A stretch of DNA of 35,307 nt from Flavobacteriales bacterium (GTDB taxonomy: Bacteria; Bacteroidota; Bacteroidia; NS11-12g; UBA955), in contig CANIZU010000002.1 in the NCBI GenBank assembly GCA_947472115.1, positions 1 to 35,307 of the forward strand. The letters run 5' to 3'. This document shows positions 26,983 to 35,307 of this stretch, piece after piece. Under the pieces are notes generated by a model that saw only the letters and a list, made by a program, of their open reading frames with translations, ran no database searches and was not told the origin of the DNA. Within the stretch, counting starts at the first letter, position 1. Each line of letters opens with the position of its first letter. The translations under genes and the position numbers were made by a program.

Positions 26983-28512
26983 GAGCAATTTTCCATTCAG
27001 ATCCCATATAAAAATGTCTTGAAAGGCCGAGGAAGATTGAATATTCCATTGGTCTTTTTCTGAAGGAATGGGACCAATTTTTACGGGTGATTTTGTAATA
27101 ACATGGTTAGAAGCTTTGTTTTTAGATAATTGCGCATAGGCGACTGCAATGGTGTTCCCTGTTGTGTTGTAGATGTCTGAACCGAAGAAGTTAAACGGTG
27201 CGTTAAATGCGTTCAATGGCAGGTGGTATGCACAGCTACTAGGATCAAAGAAACTATAGTTATAAGAGGCCCCTTCATCTTGCCAAGCTTGTTTGTAGTT
27301 CCCATTTAAATCAAACAAAATACACATACTTCCAGATGAATTTTTAATTGAATCTGGGAGATTCGGCCAAAGAGAAGAAGGACATCCATTAAGGCGCAAT
27401 CTTGGTCCTAAATTATTGCATCCCTCTATGAGCTCAAATTGAATTATGGGACTGTAGGAATTGGAGTCGCAAATGAAGAATTTTTTGGGACTTCCATTAG
27501 TTTCATTAAGTATCGCCATAGCACAGTTTGGGTCTCCGGCAAAAGGTACTTTGAGTTTTTTACCCAGCCAATTGCAGTTTCGTTTATAAATTAAACCCAA
27601 ATAAACGTTTCCATGATTGTCTGAACAGAAGTTGTTTCTGTTTGCTCTTGCACCTGAACTGTCGGCCCGTTTCACCCATAGGAGGTTGCCGTTTTTTGCA
27701 TAACAAAAGGTAATTACATCGATGAGATTTCCACCGGCAGGTGATGTGCGTTGGTCAGTTGCTTTGTAAACGGAGAATTTGTTGCGAAAACTGCTCGACT
27801 TGGATATTTCGACCTGTAAAAGAATCGACTGATTGGAAAATGCAATCGTCCTTGAAGTGCCTCCCGTGCCTAGATATTGGGCATTTATTACCTGTCCGAA
27901 ATTATTGATCTCCAATGAATAATACCCGCCGATGGAGTCTAATTTGAGTTCGCTAAAATTAGTGTCGGATGAAGATTTGTAATATCCAAGTGCAATTTTA
28001 TTTTGATTTACGGTTCTAAGCTCTTGGATACTAAAGCCAGTTTTAAACCACAGAAAATCACCGTTGGTATTAAATGAAAATAGCCTTGCGTTTGAAGGGT
28101 AATTGGTACCTCTGTAACTTCCAGCCCCTGAATTCTGCACCAATATTGTGATTTGGTTATTGTTTGTGATTACAATATCAATCAAGGCCATCGAAGAATC
28201 ATTAGATTTAAATGGATAAGCCCACGCATTGGAGGCATTGGATTTATTAATTTTGGTTAATACAGTATTGTAACCGTCTGATTTGCGATAAACCCCATTT
28301 GTTAATCGCAGTGAGTCGCCAATGTTAAACAGAGAATAGATATTACCCAAACTATCAAACACAACTTTCCTGGCTTGAGGAATTTGCCATAGTCCAGTTT
28401 TTCGTTTACCGAAATTTTGGACTTCCTTTATCCATTGAACTTTGGGTGTTGGGATTTGTGCTTCAATTTTCAGTGAAGTGAAAATTAACAGAAAAATGAA
28501 AATTCTTTTCAT
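26854..28512 (-). CDS. Secreted beta-propeller-like (SBBP-repeat-like) protein with type A-like T9SS CTD (552 aa)
   Basis: Signal peptide MKRIFIFLLIFTSLKIEAQ. There are recurring D..GN(I/V)Y motifs (FDSLGNIYSL, DNHGNVYLG). The C-terminal ~75 aa, IGPIPSEKDQWNIQS...IFIWDLNGKLLQQINL...VFIFGIQQ...RQLVY, resemble Por_Secre_tail. The CTD class call is tentative. Confidence 0.75.
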   Translation of the reverse strand: MKRIFIFLLIFTSLKIEAQIPTPKVQWIKEVQNFGKRKTGLWQIPQARKVVFDSLGNIYSLFNIGDSLRLTNGVYRKSDGYNTVLTKINKSNASNAWAYPFKSNDSSMALIDIVITNNNQITILVQNSGAGSYRGTNYPSNARLFSFNTNGDFLWFKTGFSIQELRTVNQNKIALGYYKSSSDTNFSELKLDSIGGYYSLEINNFGQVINAQYLGTGGTSRTIAFSNQSILLQVEISKSSSFRNKFSVYKATDQRTSPAGGNLIDVITFCYAKNGNLLWVKRADSSGARANRNNFCSDNHGNVYLGLIYKRNCNWLGKKLKVPFAGDPNCAMAILNETNGSPKKFFICDSNSYSPIIQFELIEGCNNLGPRLRLNGCPSSLWPNLPDSIKNSSGSMCILFDLNGNYKQAWQDEGASYNYSFFDPSSCAYHLPLNAFNAPFNFFGSDIYNTTGNTIAVAYAQLSKNKASNHVITKSPVKIGPIPSEKDQWNIQSSSAFQDIFIWDLNGKLLQQINLNAPNTEAIISYPNPNKQVFIFGIQQINDNVMHRQLVY

Positions 28513-28552
28513 ATTACTATGTGACGCTTAAAATGCAATTAGTTGCAAAGAA

Positions 28553-29990
28553 TCAAAACTTCAAATAAATATTCTTAGATAAGTTGGGTCGATGACTGTC
28601 GTTGTAATTGAAGACAATGAAATAGACACCCTCGGGGAGTAGTTCTGCGGGTTCAGTGTTTTGGCTTTGGCCCGATGCGTGATTGCGGCCGTCCCATGCG
28701 ATGTTTTGTTGGGCATTGGATTCAAAGACTACCTGTCCCCAACGATTAAAAATCACCCATGATGCTTTTGGGAAAGCCCACAGTCCTGGAATTGCCAATG
28801 AGTCGTTTACGCCATCGCCGTTGGGTGATATGCCTTCCGGGATTTGGATTTCGGCCTCGGGTTTGATGGGTAGATTGAGACAAAGCGTGTCATCGCAACC
28901 AAATGAATCCCTCACCACCAAGCAAACCTTGTAGCTGATCCATAGAAATGATTTGACATAACTGTGCGTGGGACTTTGTACGTTGCTGCTGTTGAGGTCC
29001 CCAAAATCCCATATCCATTGTTTGGCGTTGTTGGTTTTGCCGATGAATTTGAGCGTTGGAAACTGGGATGAGTCTATCGAAAAATCGGACTTAATGTTGT
29101 GGCTGATGACCGATAACTCAAAAACCGAATCGCAGCCGGTGAAGGCGGACAGCGTGTCGCGGAGCGATAATGGCAATGGGTATTTTTTGCTTCGGTAGGC
29201 AAAGGAATCGGTGTTGCAGAGGCTGAGTTGCTGCGTTATAAATTGGGGTGGATTGACGGTCAACTGAAGGTTGATCAGCGAATCACAGCCGTTGGTACGG
29301 GTGGTTTTGATTTGATAGTTTCCCGTGGCAAAAAACAGTAAGCTGTTGAATCGGAGGGTATCGCCCAAACAAATGGCCGACTTGATAGAAATGGTGGTGT
29401 CGGTGAGGACGTTCAGGCTCGTATTGACAATGGAATCACAGCCGCGGAAATTGGTGAAGGTATCGGCGTAATTGCCTGAAATCCGGTAAGCCCGCGCGCC
29501 AACAGTGAAACTATCGCCCCGACAGATTTTTGGAAAAAGAAAAGTGAACGAGCGGGGCTTGAAAGTGAGCTTGTATTGAATGAGCGAATCGCAGCCGAAT
29601 TGGTTTTTGAGGGAGTCGGTGAAGGTGGTATCGCGGAAATGTGAGAATCCATTGTGGATCCAAATATCGGCGGCACAGAATTGCAGCGACTGGGCGATGA
29701 AATCTTTGGGGTTGGAGCGGAGTTGGTAGTTGATAAATGCGCCATTGCAATGAAAATTACGCTGGATTTTTACGGTGTATTGCTGTCCGGCGGTGGGATT
29801 AAACAGAGTATCTGAAAAGTGGTTTAGCGAATCGACTTGCTTTACGATTTGTTGGGTTTTGTTATCGGTCCAAACGAATGAATACTTGGAGGCTGAATCG
29901 CATCGGGGCAAAGTGACAAGGAGATAATCATCACAGGTTACGGGGCCGTTGGAATTGAATAATAGGGTGGAATCGATGCTGGTGTAGGGG
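28553..29990 (-). repeat. 1.44-kb high-identity 3' gene module, copy 2 (direct repeat of 22570-24008)
   Basis: See copy 1. Both copies are on the minus strand, so they form direct repeats whose start positions lie about 6 kb apart. Confidence 0.9.
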
Positions 29991-31870
29991 TTTGCAATGG
30001 CCGCAACCAATTTTTCTCCGGTAGCATAAATTAGGTTGTTTTGGATGTTGTATTTTACGTCCTGTATGCGACCAATTTCTTTGATTCTAGAGGAGTCGAT
30101 GATGATATCTGCTTCTTTTTTAAACGTATCTCCGAGGAAAGTAAATACTGCCAATTTGGGCCGATAATTCCCAACAAAGATGTGATTGGCATAGTCGGTG
30201 GCCACACCAAATTGCATATTTTGCGTATCGAGATTGTTGGTGAAGGTATCGAGTATTTTACCGGTTTTTTTATTGTAAGCTGTGAGCGTTTTTCCATCAA
30301 AAGTGAAGGCGAAATAATTGTTAGCGGCTACGGCATTTGAATTGAAAATTTTTAGGTTTCTGTAAGGTGAAAAGCGCCATGTTCTGCCACCACTGCCCAG
30401 AAAATGTATCGGAGGGGATTGTGTCCAGAGATTGCTTTGTGAGTTTTTGTTTACCCGAAATAGGGTGTCATTGATTGTGCCCAAAGAAGCCGTGGCATCG
30501 AATTTCACTAAGTTAAATAGATTTCCCGATGGGTCTTGGGCTGCGGATCGAATGTCTTTGTATTGCCCCGTGTAGGTATACAACATTTTCGAAGAAATAA
30601 TACCCGTGTCGTTGAGTTGGACCATCACACCATTTGTGCCCAAGGCTTTGTATTTATTTTCGATGCAATCACAGTGCATTTGATTGAAGGTATTTGTCTT
30701 GTGGGGATAGGTCTTAACGAATCCGTCATAAAAACCATTTGAATCCAATCTAACGATGCGGGGTTTATTGAGTTTGCCTGTGGTAAAATCATAATCAGGT
30801 GCATCTTGTCCCAAAATTAGACTGTGTTTTACAGGTTCAACCATGAAATTGGTGTAATTGCCTGTTGTAGAGCCGTTTAGGTGCCATTTAATCGTATCTA
30901 TCGTGCCTTGAAAAATCCATTTCAGTGAACCATTTGCGGCGCTGTATTTGGCAATTTTTGTGGAGTTTCCAGCCAGGTACCATCCCCATTGTCCCGCACC
31001 GCCATATACGTAAACGTTGCCATGGCTGTCGTACTGTAAATTGAGTCCACAATTCCTCGCCAAGATCGATGCTTTGTTTGCTGCATCCCAAGAGGGCCAG
31101 CTTGCCGTGTCCATGTTGTTAATCACATGAACCCAGGGGTCGATGATGAGAGTTTGTTTTGGATTATACTGTGTTACATCAAGTAAATAATGGCTTTGAT
31201 TTTTTTGTATTGAAAACGCTATTGGCAGTGAATCTTGCTGAAAAATACGCCACTGGGTTTGTGAAACCTGCATGGAGGGCAATTTGGATACCATGGTGGC
31301 ATTGGCATTGATTTCTGTTTGTGATTCTGGCGAAATTTGCCATCGAATGGATTGAATATTACCACCTGGATGTACGAAGAAAGAGTATTTGAAACCCGCT
31401 GAATTGGGCTGGATTTCGTAGATTAGGTCAATGTGCGGATAGAAGTTTTTAAAAGTGATTTTTGAATAACCATAGGATTTTTTGTTTTGATCGCCATAGC
31501 TAAAATAGAATGGGGATTGGTCCTCGCTGTGGATTTTAGCATCGGAATTGGCGTATTCGAATTTTTGGAAAAACCGACTACGTCCATTGTTGATTGCAAA
31601 TCCGTTATTTAAAATTGCCACTTGGGCATGGTTGTCCTGGTACATGAACAACGGCTTAACCAATGGCGCTTGACCGTCGGGTAGGATGGGTTCAAATTGA
31701 CCCTTATTTTCAATGAAATAATGCTGAGGAAAGGGGTTGGTATTAACAAACGGGGTTTGGGCCCACAAGTTTTTGTGAATTAAAAAAAATAATAGCCACT
31801 GAAATCGTTTCAATATTGCAAACGAATTGTGTATGTGCAATTTCCTCTCGGACTCATGTGAATACAGCAT
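28553..31870 (-). CDS. Large T9SS cargo protein (1105 aa), paralog: propeller-like region, four Cys repeats, PKD-like module, type B CTD
   Basis: N-terminus ...FQWLLFFLIHKNLWAQ, then FVNTNPFPQHYFIENKGQF, FYFSYGD, PHIDLIYEI, IDPWV and DSHGNVYVYGG. The C-terminal 478 aa are about 91% identical to the 1111-aa paralog and include the CTD IPEGISPNGDGVNDSLAIPGLW...WVIFNRWGQVVFES. Confidence 0.9.
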   Translation of the reverse strand: MLYSHESERKLHIHNSFAILKRFQWLLFFLIHKNLWAQTPFVNTNPFPQHYFIENKGQFEPILPDGQAPLVKPLFMYQDNHAQVAILNNGFAINNGRSRFFQKFEYANSDAKIHSEDQSPFYFSYGDQNKKSYGYSKITFKNFYPHIDLIYEIQPNSAGFKYSFFVHPGGNIQSIRWQISPESQTEINANATMVSKLPSMQVSQTQWRIFQQDSLPIAFSIQKNQSHYLLDVTQYNPKQTLIIDPWVHVINNMDTASWPSWDAANKASILARNCGLNLQYDSHGNVYVYGGAGQWGWYLAGNSTKIAKYSAANGSLKWIFQGTIDTIKWHLNGSTTGNYTNFMVEPVKHSLILGQDAPDYDFTTGKLNKPRIVRLDSNGFYDGFVKTYPHKTNTFNQMHCDCIENKYKALGTNGVMVQLNDTGIISSKMLYTYTGQYKDIRSAAQDPSGNLFNLVKFDATASLGTINDTLFRVNKNSQSNLWTQSPPIHFLGSGGRTWRFSPYRNLKIFNSNAVAANNYFAFTFDGKTLTAYNKKTGKILDTFTNNLDTQNMQFGVATDYANHIFVGNYRPKLAVFTFLGDTFKKEADIIIDSSRIKEIGRIQDVKYNIQNNLIYATGEKLVAAIANPYTSIDSTLLFNSNGPVTCDDYLLVTLPRCDSASKYSFVWTDNKTQQIVKQVDSLNHFSDTLFNPTAGQQYTVKIQRNFHCNGAFINYQLRSNPKDFIAQSLQFCAADIWIHNGFSHFRDTTFTDSLKNQFGCDSLIQYKLTFKPRSFTFLFPKICRGDSFTVGARAYRISGNYADTFTNFRGCDSIVNTSLNVLTDTTISIKSAICLGDTLRFNSLLFFATGNYQIKTTRTNGCDSLINLQLTVNPPQFITQQLSLCNTDSFAYRSKKYPLPLSLRDTLSAFTGCDSVFELSVISHNIKSDFSIDSSQFPTLKFIGKTNNAKQWIWDFGDLNSSNVQSPTHSYVKSFLWISYKVCLVVRDSFGCDDTLCLNLPIKPEAEIQIPEGISPNGDGVNDSLAIPGLWAFPKASWVIFNRWGQVVFESNAQQNIAWDGRNHASGQSQNTEPAELLPEGVYFIVFNYNDSHRPNLSKNIYLKF

Positions 31871-31916
31871 TGCATCGTAGACTAAATTAGTAAAATACTA
31901 AGGTAGTTCTATTGAT

Positions 31917-32105
31917 ATGGAAAAAACAAAAGAAATCATTGATTATTTAAAATATTCAACCAAATTAAGGGTTTTGCGCTATGCTAAAGATTGCGGCAAA
32001 AATAAAGAGGCGTGTGAAGTTTTTGGGGTGAAAAAGAGTACATTTTACAAATGGAAAAGGAGTTTGAATAGCATGTATAAAGGCAATTCGCAAATTACTT
32101 CTTAA
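31917..32105 (+). mobile_element. Relic of an IS transposase N-terminal helix-turn-helix module (IS481/IS3-like), with no catalytic domain
   Basis: 62-aa ORF. LRVLRYAKDCGKNKEACEVFGVKKSTFYKWKRSL has the typical transposase HTH pattern (...a..fGVs.sT.YkW.kr). The ORF stops right after the HTH. The next ORF, 8 nt downstream, is an unrelated T9SS protein, so no DDE domain follows. Confidence 0.5.
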
Positions 32106-32112
32106 ATTTACA

Positions 32113-33936
32113 TTGATGAAAACTAGGTCATATCTATCAGGATGCAAAATAACATTAGGATTTTTGATATTCTGCTTATGCTTTGGATTCGTGAACCAAG
32201 TTCAATCTCAGCAGTTTGTCAATGGTAAGTTGGTGCGTAAAGAAAAATTTCCTGGTGGCGAAGGAGACACTTATTTAAAGTATGGTGCAGACTATAAAAA
32301 ATTATATACTCAAGCAAATATGGCTTCTGACCTGAATCAAGAAGGATATTTTAGGCAATATTACATTGATGGCCTTGATACGCTCAGACATAATTCTTGC
32401 AAGGGCTTTGCGTTAATACAAAATTGTTCTAAATATGGGGTTATTTCCACTGCCGATTCCAGTGTTTCTGCTGAAATTCTCGTGAACGGTGATACTTTTT
32501 CCGATTTCGGATTTAGTTTAAAAATAAATGCCCCATTACTAAAAGACAGCAATTACGATCTGAGCTTTCTGGTCGCTTCGATCGAAGCTTATCGCATTCC
32601 ATTTAAATTTTTTAATAAAAAGTTGAATCCCTATGAAGACTTTAAAATTTACATCACGCAAAGTAATAGCCCAAATTCCGAAGGCGATATTATTGCCATA
32701 ATTCGTAGACAGGATGTATACGAACTCGATTCGAGTACTTATTTCCCTTATACTTCAACAATTTATCCCAGAAACTCATTGCCTTGCACAACGATGGAGA
32801 CATTTTATTATCGGGTAAAAAAAGAGATTAAAGGAGCAAATTCGGGACAATATATCACCATAAGGGCAAAAACGCAAATCACCGATTCTGTATCGCGGCT
32901 TTTCAGGTATAATTGTAAACCTAGCGTATTATTCTGGAAAAATCAAAACCTTTTGGAGAGGGGCTTTTTATCCACCGACTACCAAATTCAATGCCCGTTT
33001 ACATTGATAAAAACTGGAGATTTATGTAATCAAAAAAATCCGCTTGCATTGAAAAGTTCTTCCCAGCATAACACCGATAAGTTTCTGTGGTCTACCGGTG
33101 ATACCTCCCCTACCTTAAATGTCATTAGCCCAGGTTTGTATTGGGTTGAGAAAAATAGAAATGGATGTATTGCACGAGATTCCATCATTATTAATAAATC
33201 GGTGACTGTAACAACAAGCACTGTAACCGTCAACAAATGTAAGGACAGCCTATTAACCATCGGCTTACAATCATCCCCAAATCAGAATAATTACCAATGG
33301 AATTCCGGCAGTAAAAATCAACGGTTATCCGTTTCAATACCAGGCTGTTATATACGAAATTCTCAAATGCTTGGTTGTTCCCTAGTTGACACATTTATGG
33401 TTCAAAATCACCCCAAGCACAAAGCCATTGACAAAATCAATTACACATTGTGTATGGGAGATTCCATCGTCTTGACAGGCCTAACAAGCAAGTTGGCTTG
33501 GTATCGTAAAAACTTTTTTTTGAGCAATGTTAGCGTTTTGCAGATTCACGGAGTTCAAGACGACACATTGGTATTGAAATCCATTGATAACTGCTGGCAA
33601 TTGGACACAATCGTCATAAAAGTAGAGAACTGCAATTTCTATGATACCGGGTTTCTCTACATCCCCAATGCTTTCACCCCCAATAAAGATGGTAAAAACG
33701 ATGTGTTTATTATTCCAGGAAAATCGATTCACAATTTCGAAATGACAATTTACAATCGCTGGGGAGAGCAGGTATTCTTTACTACCAACGCCGCCGAAGG
33801 TTGGGATGGTACATATCGAAACATCGATGCGCCTGCCGGTCCCTATATAGTTGTTTTGAAAAACAAATCAAACAGTAACTCGGGATCTCAAAACAATTCA
33901 CAGGACCTAAATATACCCATTCAATTGTTGCGTTAA
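32113..33936 (+). CDS. T9SS cargo protein (607 aa) with type B (gliding-motility-associated) CTD
   Basis: Signal peptide ...FCLCFGFVNQVQSQ. Internal W-x-(T/S)-G ... G-x-Y ... GC repeats are FLWSTGDTSPTLNVISPGLYWVEKNRNGC and YQWNSGSKNQRLSVSIPGCYIRNSQMLGC. The CTD is YIPNAFTPNKDGKNDVFIIPG...MTIYNRWGEQVFF...GWDGTY...APAGPYIVVL. Confidence 0.85.
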   Translation: MMKTRSYLSGCKITLGFLIFCLCFGFVNQVQSQQFVNGKLVRKEKFPGGEGDTYLKYGADYKKLYTQANMASDLNQEGYFRQYYIDGLDTLRHNSCKGFALIQNCSKYGVISTADSSVSAEILVNGDTFSDFGFSLKINAPLLKDSNYDLSFLVASIEAYRIPFKFFNKKLNPYEDFKIYITQSNSPNSEGDIIAIIRRQDVYELDSSTYFPYTSTIYPRNSLPCTTMETFYYRVKKEIKGANSGQYITIRAKTQITDSVSRLFRYNCKPSVLFWKNQNLLERGFLSTDYQIQCPFTLIKTGDLCNQKNPLALKSSSQHNTDKFLWSTGDTSPTLNVISPGLYWVEKNRNGCIARDSIIINKSVTVTTSTVTVNKCKDSLLTIGLQSSPNQNNYQWNSGSKNQRLSVSIPGCYIRNSQMLGCSLVDTFMVQNHPKHKAIDKINYTLCMGDSIVLTGLTSKLAWYRKNFFLSNVSVLQIHGVQDDTLVLKSIDNCWQLDTIVIKVENCNFYDTGFLYIPNAFTPNKDGKNDVFIIPGKSIHNFEMTIYNRWGEQVFFTTNAAEGWDGTYRNIDAPAGPYIVVLKNKSNSNSGSQNNSQDLNIPIQLLR

Positions 33937-33974
33937 GTTGTTTAACCACGCTGAAGTTGAATCTCTGTATACCC

Positions 33975-33996
33975 TAATGAATATAGAAATTCATTA
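33975..33996. terminator. Candidate bidirectional hairpin between convergent genes
   Basis: TAATGAAT-ATAGAA-ATTCATTA forms a perfect 8-bp stem with a 6-nt loop in the 80-nt gap between the 607-aa gene and sucA. The stem is AT-rich, so predicted stability is low. Confidence 0.25.
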
Positions 33997-34016
33997 AATC
34001 AACAAAACTAAATCAA

Positions 34017-35307
34017 TTACGCAAAACACGCCGCAACAATCTCGGCTTGTTCTTTGTCGTAGATCTTCTTGTAGCCCGTAGCGGGTGATGCACTGCTCTT
34101 TCTGCCGATGTATCGCAAAGCCGATGGAAAATCGTAGCGAGCCAAATGCAACCAAGTACCCTGGTTTTTGGGTTCCTCTTGTGCCCAGCAGAATTCGGCG
34201 CCTTTGTACTGCTCGAAAATCTCAGCCAACTTCCACTCTGGTAATGGATACAACTGTTCGATGCGCACAACCGCCACATCGCTGTGGTTGCCGACTTCCT
34301 TGCCCGCCAAAATATCGTAGTAAATTTTCCCGGTGCAGAAAACCACCCGGCGGACCTTCTTGCCCACTTGGGTGTCGTTGATTACCTCTTGGAATTCGCC
34401 CTCGCTGAGGTCTTTCATCGTGCTGACACATTTGGGATGACGCAACAAGCTCTTGGGACTCATGATTACCATCGGAACTTGGAAGTCACGCTTCAATTGG
34501 CGACGCATCGCATGGAACAAACTACCCGGGGTAGAGCAGTTCAATACTTGCATGTTGGAACCGGCGCACAACTGTAGGTAACGCTCCAAACGCGCACTGG
34601 AATGCTCAGGGCCTTGGCCCTCTTGTCCGTGCGGCAACAGCATCACTAAGCCGCTAAATTTGCCCCATTTGGTTTCGGCGCTGGCGATGAATTGGTCGAT
34701 GATAATTTGCGCACCGTTCGAGAAATCCCCAAACTGGGCCTCCCAAATCGTTAACCCGTTGGGTGTGCTGCTGCTGTATCCGTATTCGTAACCCAAGGCC
34801 GCGTATTCGCTCAACAAAGAGTTGAAAATGCTCAATTTGGCCTGGTTTTCTGTCAAATGGTTCAAAGACACATACTCTTGCTCGCTGTCTTCCTTTTTGA
34901 TAACCGCATGTCGGTGCGAGAAAGTGCCCCGCTCCACATCCTGACCCACCATTCTCACGGGGTGACCTTCGGCCAACAGGGTAGCATAGGCCAACAATTC
35001 GCCCATGGCCCAGTCGAAGGTGCCGTTATCAACCATTTTGGCGCGCTCGGCAAAGAGGTTTTGTACTTTTTTGATCGGCAAGTTGTCTTCTGGGATGAAG
35101 GCCAATTTTTTGCCCAATGTTTGCAGGGTTTTGACATCAACGCCCGTTTTTACTGGGTTTTGGAAATCCTTAGATTTTGCGTGGTGGAACCCTTCCCAGG
35201 TATTTTTTACATCAGAGGTTTTGGGTTTGAAATCGCCTTTGGCTTCTTCAAATTTGGCTTGCAGTTGGGCACGGAAATCGGCTTCCATCTCTTGGGCCAA
35301 AGCCGCA
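34017..35307 (-). CDS. sucA: 2-oxoglutarate dehydrogenase E1 component, C-terminal part (gene continues beyond the window edge)
   Basis: The reading frame is open to the window end. Motifs are VRMVGQDVERGTFSHRHAV, LLPHGQEGQGPEHSSARLERYLQL and WAQEEPKNQGTW. The Met at 35300 in the ORF track is internal, not the start. Confidence 0.9.
   Translation of the reverse strand, partial: AALAQEMEADFRAQLQAKFEEAKGDFKPKTSDVKNTWEGFHHAKSKDFQNPVKTGVDVKTLQTLGKKLAFIPEDNLPIKKVQNLFAERAKMVDNGTFDWAMGELLAYATLLAEGHPVRMVGQDVERGTFSHRHAVIKKEDSEQEYVSLNHLTENQAKLSIFNSLLSEYAALGYEYGYSSSTPNGLTIWEAQFGDFSNGAQIIIDQFIASAETKWGKFSGLVMLLPHGQEGQGPEHSSARLERYLQLCAGSNMQVLNCSTPGSLFHAMRRQLKRDFQVPMVIMSPKSLLRHPKCVSTMKDLSEGEFQEVINDTQVGKKVRRVVFCTGKIYYDILAGKEVGNHSDVAVVRIEQLYPLPEWKLAEIFEQYKGAEFCWAQEEPKNQGTWLHLARYDFPSALRYIGRKSSASPATGYKKIYDKEQAEIVAACFA

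Noticed and set aside
22570-29990. Possibility that the near-identical 1.44-kb modules are template and variable repeats of a diversity-generating retroelement.
   Set aside because: Mismatches between the copies are of all types (C/T, G/A, C/G, T/A), not adenine-specific. They are spread over the whole module. No reverse transcriptase ORF is present in the window.
1-35307. Search by eye for CRISPR arrays, tRNA/rRNA genes, integrases, toxin-antitoxin pairs and recognisable defence-system genes.
   Set aside because: I found no regularly spaced direct repeats, no cloverleaf-sized conserved intergenic elements, and no ORFs with nuclease/ATPase/RT signatures typical of defence systems. The intergenic gaps are short apart from the duplicated scars already described. 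This is a visual scan only, so small ncRNAs could have been missed.

Overview
Chromosomal segment that looks like Bacteroidota. The evidence is several type IX secretion (T9SS) C-terminal sorting domains, TonB-dependent receptors with carboxypeptidase-regulatory-like N-termini, a DUF4249-type partner lipoprotein, TAnnTTTG-like boxes close to start codons, and no obvious Shine-Dalgarno sequences. Positions 1-18.5 kb hold housekeeping and nutrient-acquisition genes: thyA; a TBDR plus DUF4249-like pair; an arginase-fold-like protein; an FNR/2Fe-2S reductase; rluD; a 5'-nucleotidase split into two genes; and a tightly coupled same-strand array of lamin-tail-domain protein, TonB-dependent receptor, multidomain endonuclease I, nadC, thioredoxin-fold lipoprotein and rlmD. 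Positions 18.5-34 kb are an AT-richer island of paralogous large T9SS cargo proteins. Four carry type B CTDs (about 1220, 1111, 1105 and 607 aa) and one of 552 aa carries a type A-like CTD. The island also has a small Cys-rich secreted protein, a truncated CTD pseudogene, a relic copy of the rlmD 3' end, a transposase HTH relic, and clear duplication, deletion and insertion scars. The window ends inside sucA (minus strand, partial). I saw no rRNA, tRNA or CRISPR array. The two leads I rate highest are (1) the mosaic, recombining T9SS cargo island and (2) a putative extracellular-DNA/nucleotide scavenging locus built around a SusD-less TonB-dependent receptor. All repeat coordinates come from manual alignment and are good to about +/-5 nt. 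Homology calls are motif recognition by eye, not database searches.
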